Origin: Promethearchaeota archaeon Loki_b31
Lineage (GTDB): Archaea; Asgardarchaeota; Lokiarchaeia; Sigyniarchaeales; SOKP01
Length of the DNA stretch: 53,744 nt
Direction: 5' to 3'
Assembly: GCA_005222975.1 (NCBI GenBank)
Contig: NJBI01000019.1
Span: 1-53,744, forward strand
Shown: in pieces, positions 18,141 through 28,032 of the stretch
Numbering within the stretch: the stretch's first letter is position 1
Layout: each line of letters begins with the position of its first letter
Program-made: the position numbers and the translations under genes
The notes under the pieces: model-generated
Database searches by the model: none
What the model was told of the DNA's origin: nothing
Seen by the model: the letters and a program-made list of their open reading frames with translations, nothing else

Positions 18141-19229
18141 TTATGTGCTCTCTTCAATGTACTTAAAAAATAAGCCAATTCCTATAATTTTGAACGTATC
18201 TTGAACGTTTATATTTTTTAACGCTGAGGTTTCTATGAAAAAACTTTTCAATTTTTTTGCTTTTTCTAATCCCTCCTCTTTGGTTATTTCCCTTTGATCT
18301 TCTAAATCAATTTTATTTCCTATAAGCACAAATGGGACGTTTCCTAATTTCTTCTGAGCATCTTCGAGCCAGAAATCTATAGCTTCATCAAAAGTCTCTC
18401 TTTTGGTAACATCGTAAACGATAAAAGCACAATTTGCTCCTTGATAATACTCGTGTCTAACACGTTTAAAAAAACTTTGCCCGGCAAGGTCGTATACAAG
18501 AAATTTGATAATATCGTCTTTGAAGCCTTGAACATGAAATTGTTGAGTTGATATCGAAATACCTAAAGTTGGTCGATAATCGATAACTTCCTCCTTTTTT
18601 AAAAATTGATTCACTAGCGTAGTTTTACCTACGGCTGCTGAACCTAATACAATTAGTTTAAAGAGTTTTTTTATTTTTTTAGGTTTCCTAAATTGATGTG
18701 CTGTGGTCACACCATTTATTATAGTTTTTGGTTCGTTGATCGAAAACTTGTCTAATCCTAAGGAAAATGTTTCTTGGATATTTAAATCGGGGATTTCTAA
18801 AGTATTAAATTTAAAATCGAAGCTATCTTCAAGCAATTGAGCTATTTTCTCAACTACGAGGTAAGCAATAGGGAAGAGTTTGTTTAAATTTGTTTCATAA
18901 TCGCAAATTAGTAATAGTATAGCATCGGATCCTGCTTCTAAGTAAATAATGCGATTATCCTCAGTTTCAAATGAACCAGTACCATAATGACCGATTTCAT
19001 ATTCTAAGCTAATCTTATTCAAAAGGTTTTCTACCAATGCAGTAAAAGCGCCGTATACATCTTCCGTTTCTTTTTCGTCTTTAGCTGTACTATCTAATTT
19101 TCCATATTTGGTCATTAGAAGTCCTTGGTTCGAATATAAAAAGGCGACAATAATATCATCTCGCGACTCTACAAAATTTTTTAAGAGAATCCGAAGATTT
19201 TCTTCTTTTGTTGTATCTTTAGACTCCAT
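18141..19229 (-). CDS. Roadblock-domain / Rab-like small GTPase fusion
   Basis: N-terminal roadblock-like domain; G1 GSAAVGKT, G2 PT, G3 DLAGQ, G4 NKID, G5 ETSA. Confidence 0.9.
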   Translation of the reverse strand: MESKDTTKEENLRILLKNFVESRDDIIVAFLYSNQGLLMTKYGKLDSTAKDEKETEDVYGAFTALVENLLNKISLEYEIGHYGTGSFETEDNRIIYLEAGSDAILLLICDYETNLNKLFPIAYLVVEKIAQLLEDSFDFKFNTLEIPDLNIQETFSLGLDKFSINEPKTIINGVTTAHQFRKPKKIKKLFKLIVLGSAAVGKTTLVNQFLKKEEVIDYRPTLGISISTQQFHVQGFKDDIIKFLVYDLAGQSFFKRVRHEYYQGANCAFIVYDVTKRETFDEAIDFWLEDAQKKLGNVPFVLIGNKIDLEDQREITKEEGLEKAKKLKSFFIETSALKNINVQDTFKIIGIGLFFKYIEEST

Positions 19230-19417
19230 AAGTAAGAGATAACTTAAATTTAAGTAGTATAAGGTTCCTTTTTTTTTATTGAAATTTAGGACTCTATTTG
19301 TAGTAAAAATACTACTCGTTATATTTAAATTTACAGTAAAAAAATTTTTATAAGCAAAATCCCTTTATTACCTATTATAAATCTTAATTTTAAATTGACT
19401 TTTTTGAGATAAATGTA

Positions 19418-20110
19418 ATGAATATTTCAGAATTATTGAAAAAAAAGCTTGAATCAAATCAAACTGTACTTACAGAATTTGAATCGAAGGAATTGCTAAA
19501 AGAGATAGGAATTTCTATTCCAGACCATAAATTAACCTCTACTAAAGAAGAAACCGTCTTAGCCGCAAAGAACATTGGTTTTCCGGTTGTTTTAAAGCTC
19601 ATGGCTGAAGATATTGTCCACAAGTCAGATACGGGAGCGGTTAAGTTAAACATTAAAAACGAAGAGGAAACTACTAATGCTTTCGAAGAACTAATGAAAA
19701 TTCCTTCCCAAGCCGAGAAATTGATTAGCGTACAAAAAATGGCCGATGAACCAATAACTGAATTAATTTTAGGGATGACTACTGACGCTCAATTTGGACC
19801 TGCGCTAATGTTTGGAATTGGAGGTATTTTAGTTGAACTTTTAGAGGATGTAAGTTTCCGAATTGCTCCAATTACAGAATATGATGCTCGAGAAATGATT
19901 AAAGAAATAAAAGGATTTCCAATACTTGATGGATATAGAGGAAAACCAAAAGCCGACATAGATGCGATAGTACAAACGCTATTGAAGGTATCAGATCTCG
20001 TCACAAAATACGAAGAAATATACGAAATGGACCTAAACCCCGTTTTTATCTACGACAAAGGGTTAATTTGCGTAGATGCGAGGATTATACTGAAAAAACC
20101 CGAAAAATAA
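19418..20110 (+). CDS. ADP-forming acetate/acyl-CoA ligase beta subunit (ATP-grasp)
   Basis: GFPVVLK, HKSDTG, FGPALMFGIGG and MDLNP motifs. Confidence 0.92.
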   Translation: MNISELLKKKLESNQTVLTEFESKELLKEIGISIPDHKLTSTKEETVLAAKNIGFPVVLKLMAEDIVHKSDTGAVKLNIKNEEETTNAFEELMKIPSQAEKLISVQKMADEPITELILGMTTDAQFGPALMFGIGGILVELLEDVSFRIAPITEYDAREMIKEIKGFPILDGYRGKPKADIDAIVQTLLKVSDLVTKYEEIYEMDLNPVFIYDKGLICVDARIILKKPEK

Positions 20111-20259
20111 GATAAATCCTGTATCCTTTTTTACCAACTTTTTAATTATTTTGTTGATAAATTCTACTTTTATATTGAAAAAATTCAATATATTCATATA
20201 TTCATACAGTATAAAATAGAAGAAAAGAATATTTAAATTCCAATTACACGATTATTATT
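20081..20259 (+). repeat. Diverged direct repeat, copy 1 (gene 3' end plus intergenic DNA)
   Basis: AGGATTATaCTGAAAAAACCCGAAAAATAAGAT...AATTACaCGATTATTATT recurs at 20983-21154. Confidence 0.8.
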
Positions 20260-20296
20260 ATAATCTCTGTTATAAAATAAAATTGAAGGGTGAAAA

Positions 20297-20962
20297 ATGC
20301 TAAAAAGTAAAAAATCTAAGTTTATAGTATTTACCATTCTCTCTATAGTAGTTTTACTATGTTTTATTCCATTAATTGACAACCTGGATTACTTTTTTGG
20401 AATGAGAAGGTTTAAAAGTCAACACATTGATGGAGATGTCGATTTGAGTGTGAACCTAAACTTAGAATTACATTCAGATATATTTTCGACTAGATATATC
20501 TATTACATAGAAACCGATTTGACATTTAATGAAAGCGTAACTGATGTGGAGGTTGAGGGAATTCATTATCGTATTTATCATAATGGAGTAAAGATATACA
20601 CTTATAATGGTTACTCCACCCACGTTGTGGCATTAATAAGAAATATAGATTTTCTATATGGAGATAATTTAACTTTTCAGGGCTCCTTCGAATTGAATTA
20701 TCAGCTGAATAGTAATCCACAGAATGACACCGTGAACTTTAATCTCATTTTTACTTATGACATTAGAGATCAAGATGTACAAACTTTCAAAATTGGAAAG
20801 AGTGTTATTATCTTAGCTTATATCGCGAGTTTCTTTCTTTTGCCAATAATTCTGTATTTCACCATCCATCCCGATTTTTATGAACCTTCCAAAGAAGAAA
20901 AAGAAAAATCTGAAGAATATTATAATTACCTCGCAAAAAAAAAGCAAGAAAATAGTAATTAG
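20297..20962 (+). CDS. Membrane protein with two TM helices and an extracellular domain
   Basis: N- and C-terminal hydrophobic helices, sequons, GGGTGA RBS. Confidence 0.8.
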   Translation: MLKSKKSKFIVFTILSIVVLLCFIPLIDNLDYFFGMRRFKSQHIDGDVDLSVNLNLELHSDIFSTRYIYYIETDLTFNESVTDVEVEGIHYRIYHNGVKIYTYNGYSTHVVALIRNIDFLYGDNLTFQGSFELNYQLNSNPQNDTVNFNLIFTYDIRDQDVQTFKIGKSVIILAYIASFFLLPIILYFTIHPDFYEPSKEEKEKSEEYYNYLAKKKQENSN

Positions 20963-20982
20963 AATTAATATGCGTATATGAA

Positions 20983-21154
20983 AGGATTATTCTGAAAAAA
21001 CCCGAAAAATAAGATTAGTCTTGTACCTTTTTTTATCAATTTTTTGAACATATTATGGAAGAGTTTTTATTCACATTTATTGAATTAATTCAAATATTCA
21101 TACCAACATAAAATAAAAAAAGTAATTTTAAATTCAAATTACGCGATTATTATT
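20983..21154 (+). repeat. Diverged direct repeat, copy 2
   Basis: Similar to 20081-20259. Confidence 0.8.
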
Positions 21155-21196
21155 GTATATATTCTTTTAGAATAAAATTTTTATTAATAAATTGAT

Positions 21197-24100
21197 TTGA
21201 TGTTTATGAGAAATTCTAATAAAAAAAAGAGAATAAAAACTTGCTTAGTTCTGCTATTTTATTTTTTATCGATAAGCCTATTTATAAATTTCAATTTCGA
21301 GCCTCCTTTCTATAAAGACGACGCGAATAAAGACGATTTTATAAATTTTCCAAAAACTTCCGATTCGCTTCCTTCTTTTAAAGGGACGGGAGATAAGGTT
21401 AATATTACTTTGCATCAATCATATTTAAATGATTCCTTTAATACGGCGTTGAGTCCTTCAGATCCAAATAATAATAGTTTTTCTTTGCCCTGTCCTACAG
21501 ATACTAATTTTAATTCAAGTTTTACTAATGTTACTATAAAAAACCTTTATGCTCCAAATAAAACATTAATAGTGGAGGGGGACACTCAAAGTATATGGAC
21601 TGATGTACATGATGTATATGCATCTTTTGAAGTCCAAGGTGCAGGTTACATTGAGAATATAACTACTTATCTTAGATATCAAGGATCTGGTTATAATTTG
21701 ATTGATATTTATTTATTTAAAGCTGAAGATGACAATTCAAATTTGAGACCTCTTGACTCAAGTGGAGTAAAAATATACAATGATTTCAATGTTTCTAATA
21801 CATCACCTGAATGGGTTACAGCAGGGAACATTCATCATAAATTTGATACCTCAGAAACAGAAAATAATACTTATTTTATATATATGTTAGTGTCTGAATT
21901 AGGAAATACTTATAGCTCTACATTATACGATGATGAGGGACCCGATGCCCTTGACGAATCCATTGTCCTTGATAATTTTGAGACGCCAATACAATTATTT
22001 GTTAGCGATTTGACTACAATTGACTTGAGCTTAAAGCTTTATGTAAGCCCATTAAATAACACTCCAAGTCCAGAGCAGGTAAATTTAAAAATAAATAATA
22101 CTATTGCAACTGGGTATGGAGATGGAATAGGTTCAGGATATTGGGAATCCACAAATATTAATGGTAGTACTTCTGGAGAATTACAATACAATATTTCTGC
22201 TGATTGGTGGGATGTCACTTGTGCTATAACGAGTGTTCAAATCAATTACACTAAAACGGATTTAAAAGCAGATTCTAGTTTTGAAGTTTTAGGAAACGGA
22301 CAAGACGTTTATTGGAATGTAACTAAGCCCGGCGGATTAAACTATTTTGATTCGCGGTTCAATAATTATACCATAAACTTCACTATTTCTTCCAGATGGA
22401 CGAATATCGAAGTGTGGAATGGCGGTACCAATAAAACAAGTGATATAAAAACGATTAATCTCAATAATTATAAAGACATACAAGTATTTAATGCTGGAAA
22501 CGGTACTTATTGGTTTTTAAACGCCACATCCTCGAATCTTCTTACGAATATAAAAAAATATGTTGGTACAACGTCAGCAGCAGATACTTTTAATTATACC
22601 AATCTTGTTCATTTTAACGGAACTTTTTCTAGCTCTATTAACGATGGGAGTATTAATCTTAGCGTTTATAACCCATTAGCGTTAAACGATCAATTGAATT
22701 ATACGTTTGTTAACAGTTCTTTTGTTTCAGGCGATGACATATACCTTGGTGATTGGAATATATCTGATACCATAACCAAATACGGAAAGTTTCGAATACT
22801 AACTCAATGGAATAATGGCACTGATGCGGGTTTTTTTAGGGACAACATAACCATATTAGCAGAAACAAATTTTCTTATTGATCAGCCTTCCCAGAACACC
22901 ACTTTCAATTCCAGCACCATTTTTAATGTCACCATAACCTATAGGGATAGAGAACAAGATTTGGATATTTCTGATGGTGATATTTACTATAAAATTAATG
23001 CTGGAACTTATAGCTCTGTAAATGAAAGCGTAAAATATATCGGTTCTGGAAAATATAACGTCACTTTTGATTGTAACAATACAGAATTTAATTATGGTTC
23101 TAATACAATAACGATTAGAGCAAATAATACCTACCACAATAATCAAACTGAAACTTTAAATATCATAATTTTAGGAGAAACAAATCTTTCCAGACCATTT
23201 CCAAAAACGTATAACTTTGATTCTGGTGAAACCTTTAATATAACTCTATATTTCAACGACACTGTAAAAAACCTTGGAATTAATGAGTCTACGGTAGATA
23301 TTACTGTAAATAGTAGCGCTTATACTCCCTTAGATTTTTTTGATTATGGAAATGGGTATTATAATCTTACTGTGAATTGTAGTGATGATGTTTTTGATAT
23401 TCAAGGTTATGGATTTTTCAATTTAAGTATAAATTCTGAAAAAATAAACTATAATAGTCAAACTACTTCATTTATTATTTATATTAAAGGAGAAACTAAC
23501 TTAGCCGCTACAAAGTTTCCTGAACCTATCAAGGGATATTATAATTCTGATGAAACATTTAATATCACAGTATTTTTCAATGATTTAGCGAGAAATGAAG
23601 GAATTAATGATGGTATAGTAAATGTATATGTTAAACGGGTGTCAAGCAGCATATATCAACTTTATGATACAACAATTTTTCCTTATGGAATCGGATACTA
23701 TAACTTTACTGTAAATTGTAGCGATTCTGAATTTGATAATTATGGAAAATATGATATTCAAATAAATGTATCAAAACAACATTATTACAATGCTATTTAC
23801 ACTTTTTTTGGAGAATTAATAATTGGTAATACTACACTAACGATAATAGAACCTTCTGGAATGGTATCACATGTGGATGATGAGACATTTGACATCAAGA
23901 TAGAATATATCAATCATACAAAATCAGATCGGATCACAGAAGCAGATATAACTTATACTATTAATGGTACAGATCATAGATCTGATAATGTAATTAATAA
24001 TCCTGATGGAACATATAATATTACCATTGATGCTGGTGATTCTGATTTTGAGAATAATTATGGATATAGAGATATTATAATTAATGCAAATAAAACTAAT

Positions 24101-27100
24101 TATGTCAATTTAACAGAAACATTCACATTCGAAAGACAAGTTTCAACACAAATTAATCCAACAAATACGCCAGCTTTATTCGAAGTAATAAGAGGGAAAA
24201 ATATCACTTTTACTTTTAATTACTCAGATAAATTTTACGATCCAATTGAAATATATGATAATTTTCAAAGTATTTCTAGTTTAAATAATTTTGAGTGGTA
24301 TCTTTGGAATGATGGAAATGGTAATTATACACTTGAAGTAGATTCGACCAATGTTATAGTTAAAGATACTCCTTATGAACTTAACTTTAGTATTTCTGCT
24401 TTTGGCAATGAAACTCAAAAAATTTCTTTAACTATCTTAGTAACAATAATCCAAACAAGTATTGAAATCGAATCATGGAACAATAATGCTGATTTTGCTC
24501 GAAGTACTTGGACTAATGTATCTATAAATTTCTACTTTAATGATACCACAAATATCGCCGCGATTGATGGTTTAATTGATAATGATATTAAAATTAAGGA
24601 TTATTATGCAGGTACTACTTGGCAACCCGGATTTGAATTATTCAATCAACCAGGACCCGGAAATTATAAATTAAATATTAGCACTATAGGAAAGAACTCA
24701 GGTTTATATACATTACAATTGAATATCTCTAAATATCCGAACTACAAATGGAGCTTGGCTTACATTCAATTTTACTTAAGAGGAAATTACACTCAAATTA
24801 ATATGATTTCAGTCGAGGATCTTGAAGAAATACTAACACCTAGTGGTATTGGAAATAACTATACAACCTTCGTTGGGAGTGATTTAACTCTTGAATTCAA
24901 TGTGACGGATACGGAATATGGAGATAAGGCAATCACTGAAGGGATACCTGGCTATATTATAACGATAACATATAAAAATTTAATAACAGAATTAAGTGGA
25001 ACTCTTCAGCAAAGTTTTAGTTTTGTTTTCCAGTCAGCGGATTATGGTACATATATAGGAGATATCCTAACTTCAGAATTTATAGACGCGGGATATTATT
25101 TAATTAACATAACATTTGCGAAATTAAATTACAAAAACACAACTTTTAGTTTTAATTTAACTCTAGTAAATTCGCAAATTAATATTATTTCAATTTCCAA
25201 TCAGGGAGGTCAATTAGAACTTAGTGGGATAAATAACTTTTATAATTCATCTGTTGCTGTAGACATTACTATTGAATTTAATATAACTGATACAGAATCT
25301 TTAAATAGAACAATAGCTAGAGATGCGAGTTCGTATATAGTTAGATTTACAAATTTAGATACTGGAAAGAATGGAATTCTTGTAAACACTTTTGAGTTTA
25401 GTTTATCTACTTCAACATATAATGGAACTATAATAACTTCAGGATTACCTGCAGGCAATTATTTGATCAACCTGTCAGTTGTGATTTTGAACTATAAAAT
25501 AATTCCATTAACTTTTAATTTAACAATTATTTTAGCTGAAAGCAATATTATATCAATAACTAATATGGGAGGTCAATTATCACCTACTGGAGTAGGTGGA
25601 TTTTATGAACCTACTGTAACAACAGATATAGATATTGAATTTAATATAACAGATGCCAATTTTGGAAATGTTATTCAAATTGGAACGGGTATTTCTTATA
25701 CCATATCTTACATCAATATTGATACTTTAGAAAATGGAATCCTGCTAAACACTATTACCGAACTTGCTTTAAGTCATTTCGGAAGTATAGATATCTCATC
25801 ACTTTCAATTGGAAATTACTCTATTGCTATTATCATAAACAAAACTAATAATATGGTTTCCTATTTTAGTTTTAACATAAGAATTATTTTAGCTGAAAGC
25901 AATATTATATCAATAACTAATCCTGGAGGTCAATTATCACCTAGTGGTGTAGATAGTTTCTATGAATCTTTCATTGAAAGTAATATCAATATAGGTTTTA
26001 ATATAACAGATGCCAATTTTGGAAATATTCTTCAAATTGGAACGGGTATTTCTTATACCATATCTTACATCAATATTGATACTTTAGAAAATGGAATCCT
26101 GCTACACTCTATTACCGAACTTGCTTTAAGTCATTTCGGAAGTTTAGATATCACACTTTTATCAGTGGGAAATTATACATTTCTTATACTAGTTGAAAAA
26201 AACAACAATGATATAACAACATTGAGTTTTAATTTAAGTTTAATTGAAAAATATGATGTAAGAATCACTATTTTAGGAAAACCTGATGATGTTGTCGCAG
26301 GCAGATCTTTTACAATTATACTTAGAGTAGAATATTTCAACGGCTCAGCATGGTTACCATTGGTGGGTATAAATGTAATAAGTACCCCATATTTCGATGG
26401 TGTGCCTTCAACAGAGACTCAAACTCGGATAACAAATAGTACTGGTGGGGTTTTGTTTGAAATTACTGTCAGAAGTGATGCAGTTACAATGAATTTGACT
26501 ATTCAACTTGAGAGTAGTTATTATCATCTTGGAAAGTCTGCGATAATATCTGATATTATAATTATTCCACTAGCTATAGGTTTAACTTTTGAAGATCTAC
26601 TCCCTTATATCATAATAATTGGAGCTATTGTTGCTCTTGCTGGTGGTTCTTTAGCAGTTTATCGTGGTGTAGTCGTTCCCAAAAAGAGAGAAAAACAACG
26701 AATATTGACTGAAGTGAAAACTATATTTGATGACGCAATTAATTTAGAACATATTTTAGTATTATACAAAGGCACAGGAACCTGTATTTTCTTTAAGTCA
26801 TACGGTTCAGAACAAATAGATCCTGAATTAATAGGAGGATTTTTATCAGCAGTTTCTTCATTTGGAAAAGAAATGAAGACTCAAGAAGCATTAAATGAGA
26901 TTTCTTACGGCGATAAAATGTTATTACTAGCTGATGGAGAATATATACGAGTTGCATTAGTTTTAGGAAGAAAAGCATCCTTAATTCTTCATCGTCATTT
27001 AAAAGAATTCATAGATACCTTTGGAAAAATGTTTAAAGATGACTTACCAAATTGGAGAGGGCAACTTAATCCTTTTAAGAATGCAGGTCTTATAGTCGAT

Positions 27101-27958
27101 GAAATTTTGAACACTTCAATCATTCTACCGCATCAGCTATCATATGACTCTTCGAGTGTTAAGAATTTAAAGAGTCCCCAAGCACGGGATGTATTAAAGA
27201 TCGCACATAGCTGTTGTGAAGAAACAGAAAGAGAATTCTTATTTATTGCAACATTACTAGAGGAAGCATCTGAAAGAACTAATAAAGATACAGCAGAAAT
27301 TTTTATGGGAATTAAGGAATTACGAGACAGGAAAATCTTAATCCCAATAGAAATCTCAGCAATCGAAGCTCAACCAGTTTCTCAACAAGAAATAAATCTT
27401 ATTAATCAAAAAATTACTTCACTAACCAATTTATCTAACGAGGAAAAGCAAAATTTAGTGAATTTCTTAGCCCAATTAGGTTCAATAGAAAGAGAAGCTT
27501 ACCTTTCTAGCTTGACTAAACAACATGAAATCGTCTCTGCCCCAATTAAAACTACTATAGGAACTATTATAGTTGATAATAAGAAATCTGCCAAAAAAGG
27601 GGTTAAAGAGTTAAGCAAACGAGCTAAAATTGCGAAAGGAAAGAACAATTATCAAAAAACAATTGAATTGTATCAAAGCGCCGCTATGTTGGCTTCAAAC
27701 TGGGAATTATCAAATGAATTCGTTATAATAGAAGAAATTATTCGAAAAACTAAAATTGAAGATTTAATCGCGAAAAAGAAGGATTTAGAAAAAGAGGCAA
27801 AAGATGCTGTTAAAAATAAGAATTACGCTGAAGCCAGCGCGAAGTATAAGCATGCGTCTAAAACCGCATCAGAAATTTTCAAACTGGGCGCTAATAGTAT
27901 GACAAAAGAAGTCAAGAGATTAACCAAAAAAGCAAATGTATACGAAAAATTAAAATAA
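21197..27958 (+). CDS. Giant cell-surface glycoprotein / receptor-like protein with cytoplasmic longin-like domain and helical tail
   Basis: N-terminal signal or TM, ~1750 aa of beta-rich repeats dense in N-x-S/T, TM 'LLPYIIIIGAIVALAGGSLAVY', then 'GTCIFFKSY...PELIGGFLSAVSSFGKE' (longin-like) and TPR/MIT-like helices. Confidence 0.85.
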   Translation: MMFMRNSNKKKRIKTCLVLLFYFLSISLFINFNFEPPFYKDDANKDDFINFPKTSDSLPSFKGTGDKVNITLHQSYLNDSFNTALSPSDPNNNSFSLPCPTDTNFNSSFTNVTIKNLYAPNKTLIVEGDTQSIWTDVHDVYASFEVQGAGYIENITTYLRYQGSGYNLIDIYLFKAEDDNSNLRPLDSSGVKIYNDFNVSNTSPEWVTAGNIHHKFDTSETENNTYFIYMLVSELGNTYSSTLYDDEGPDALDESIVLDNFETPIQLFVSDLTTIDLSLKLYVSPLNNTPSPEQVNLKINNTIATGYGDGIGSGYWESTNINGSTSGELQYNISADWWDVTCAITSVQINYTKTDLKADSSFEVLGNGQDVYWNVTKPGGLNYFDSRFNNYTINFTISSRWTNIEVWNGGTNKTSDIKTINLNNYKDIQVFNAGNGTYWFLNATSSNLLTNIKKYVGTTSAADTFNYTNLVHFNGTFSSSINDGSINLSVYNPLALNDQLNYTFVNSSFVSGDDIYLGDWNISDTITKYGKFRILTQWNNGTDAGFFRDNITILAETNFLIDQPSQNTTFNSSTIFNVTITYRDREQDLDISDGDIYYKINAGTYSSVNESVKYIGSGKYNVTFDCNNTEFNYGSNTITIRANNTYHNNQTETLNIIILGETNLSRPFPKTYNFDSGETFNITLYFNDTVKNLGINESTVDITVNSSAYTPLDFFDYGNGYYNLTVNCSDDVFDIQGYGFFNLSINSEKINYNSQTTSFIIYIKGETNLAATKFPEPIKGYYNSDETFNITVFFNDLARNEGINDGIVNVYVKRVSSSIYQLYDTTIFPYGIGYYNFTVNCSDSEFDNYGKYDIQINVSKQHYYNAIYTFFGELIIGNTTLTIIEPSGMVSHVDDETFDIKIEYINHTKSDRITEADITYTINGTDHRSDNVINNPDGTYNITIDAGDSDFENNYGYRDIIINANKTNYVNLTETFTFERQVSTQINPTNTPALFEVIRGKNITFTFNYSDKFYDPIEIYDNFQSISSLNNFEWYLWNDGNGNYTLEVDSTNVIVKDTPYELNFSISAFGNETQKISLTILVTIIQTSIEIESWNNNADFARSTWTNVSINFYFNDTTNIAAIDGLIDNDIKIKDYYAGTTWQPGFELFNQPGPGNYKLNISTIGKNSGLYTLQLNISKYPNYKWSLAYIQFYLRGNYTQINMISVEDLEEILTPSGIGNNYTTFVGSDLTLEFNVTDTEYGDKAITEGIPGYIITITYKNLITELSGTLQQSFSFVFQSADYGTYIGDILTSEFIDAGYYLINITFAKLNYKNTTFSFNLTLVNSQINIISISNQGGQLELSGINNFYNSSVAVDITIEFNITDTESLNRTIARDASSYIVRFTNLDTGKNGILVNTFEFSLSTSTYNGTIITSGLPAGNYLINLSVVILNYKIIPLTFNLTIILAESNIISITNMGGQLSPTGVGGFYEPTVTTDIDIEFNITDANFGNVIQIGTGISYTISYINIDTLENGILLNTITELALSHFGSIDISSLSIGNYSIAIIINKTNNMVSYFSFNIRIILAESNIISITNPGGQLSPSGVDSFYESFIESNINIGFNITDANFGNILQIGTGISYTISYINIDTLENGILLHSITELALSHFGSLDITLLSVGNYTFLILVEKNNNDITTLSFNLSLIEKYDVRITILGKPDDVVAGRSFTIILRVEYFNGSAWLPLVGINVISTPYFDGVPSTETQTRITNSTGGVLFEITVRSDAVTMNLTIQLESSYYHLGKSAIISDIIIIPLAIGLTFEDLLPYIIIIGAIVALAGGSLAVYRGVVVPKKREKQRILTEVKTIFDDAINLEHILVLYKGTGTCIFFKSYGSEQIDPELIGGFLSAVSSFGKEMKTQEALNEISYGDKMLLLADGEYIRVALVLGRKASLILHRHLKEFIDTFGKMFKDDLPNWRGQLNPFKNAGLIVDEILNTSIILPHQLSYDSSSVKNLKSPQARDVLKIAHSCCEETEREFLFIATLLEEASERTNKDTAEIFMGIKELRDRKILIPIEISAIEAQPVSQQEINLINQKITSLTNLSNEEKQNLVNFLAQLGSIEREAYLSSLTKQHEIVSAPIKTTIGTIIVDNKKSAKKGVKELSKRAKIAKGKNNYQKTIELYQSAAMLASNWELSNEFVIIEEIIRKTKIEDLIAKKKDLEKEAKDAVKNKNYAEASAKYKHASKTASEIFKLGANSMTKEVKRLTKKANVYEKLK
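25525..26238 (+). repeat. Recent intragenic tandem duplication, 357-bp (119-aa) unit
   Basis: AATTATTTTAGCTGAAAGCAATATTATATCAATAACTAAT at 25525 and 25882, with long identical blocks. Confidence 0.9.
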
Positions 27959-28032
27959 ATTAAATTTTTATTATTCTTTTTATTTTCTATTTTTTTTACG
28001 TTAGTATTTAAAAAAGAGATTTTTTAAATGGT

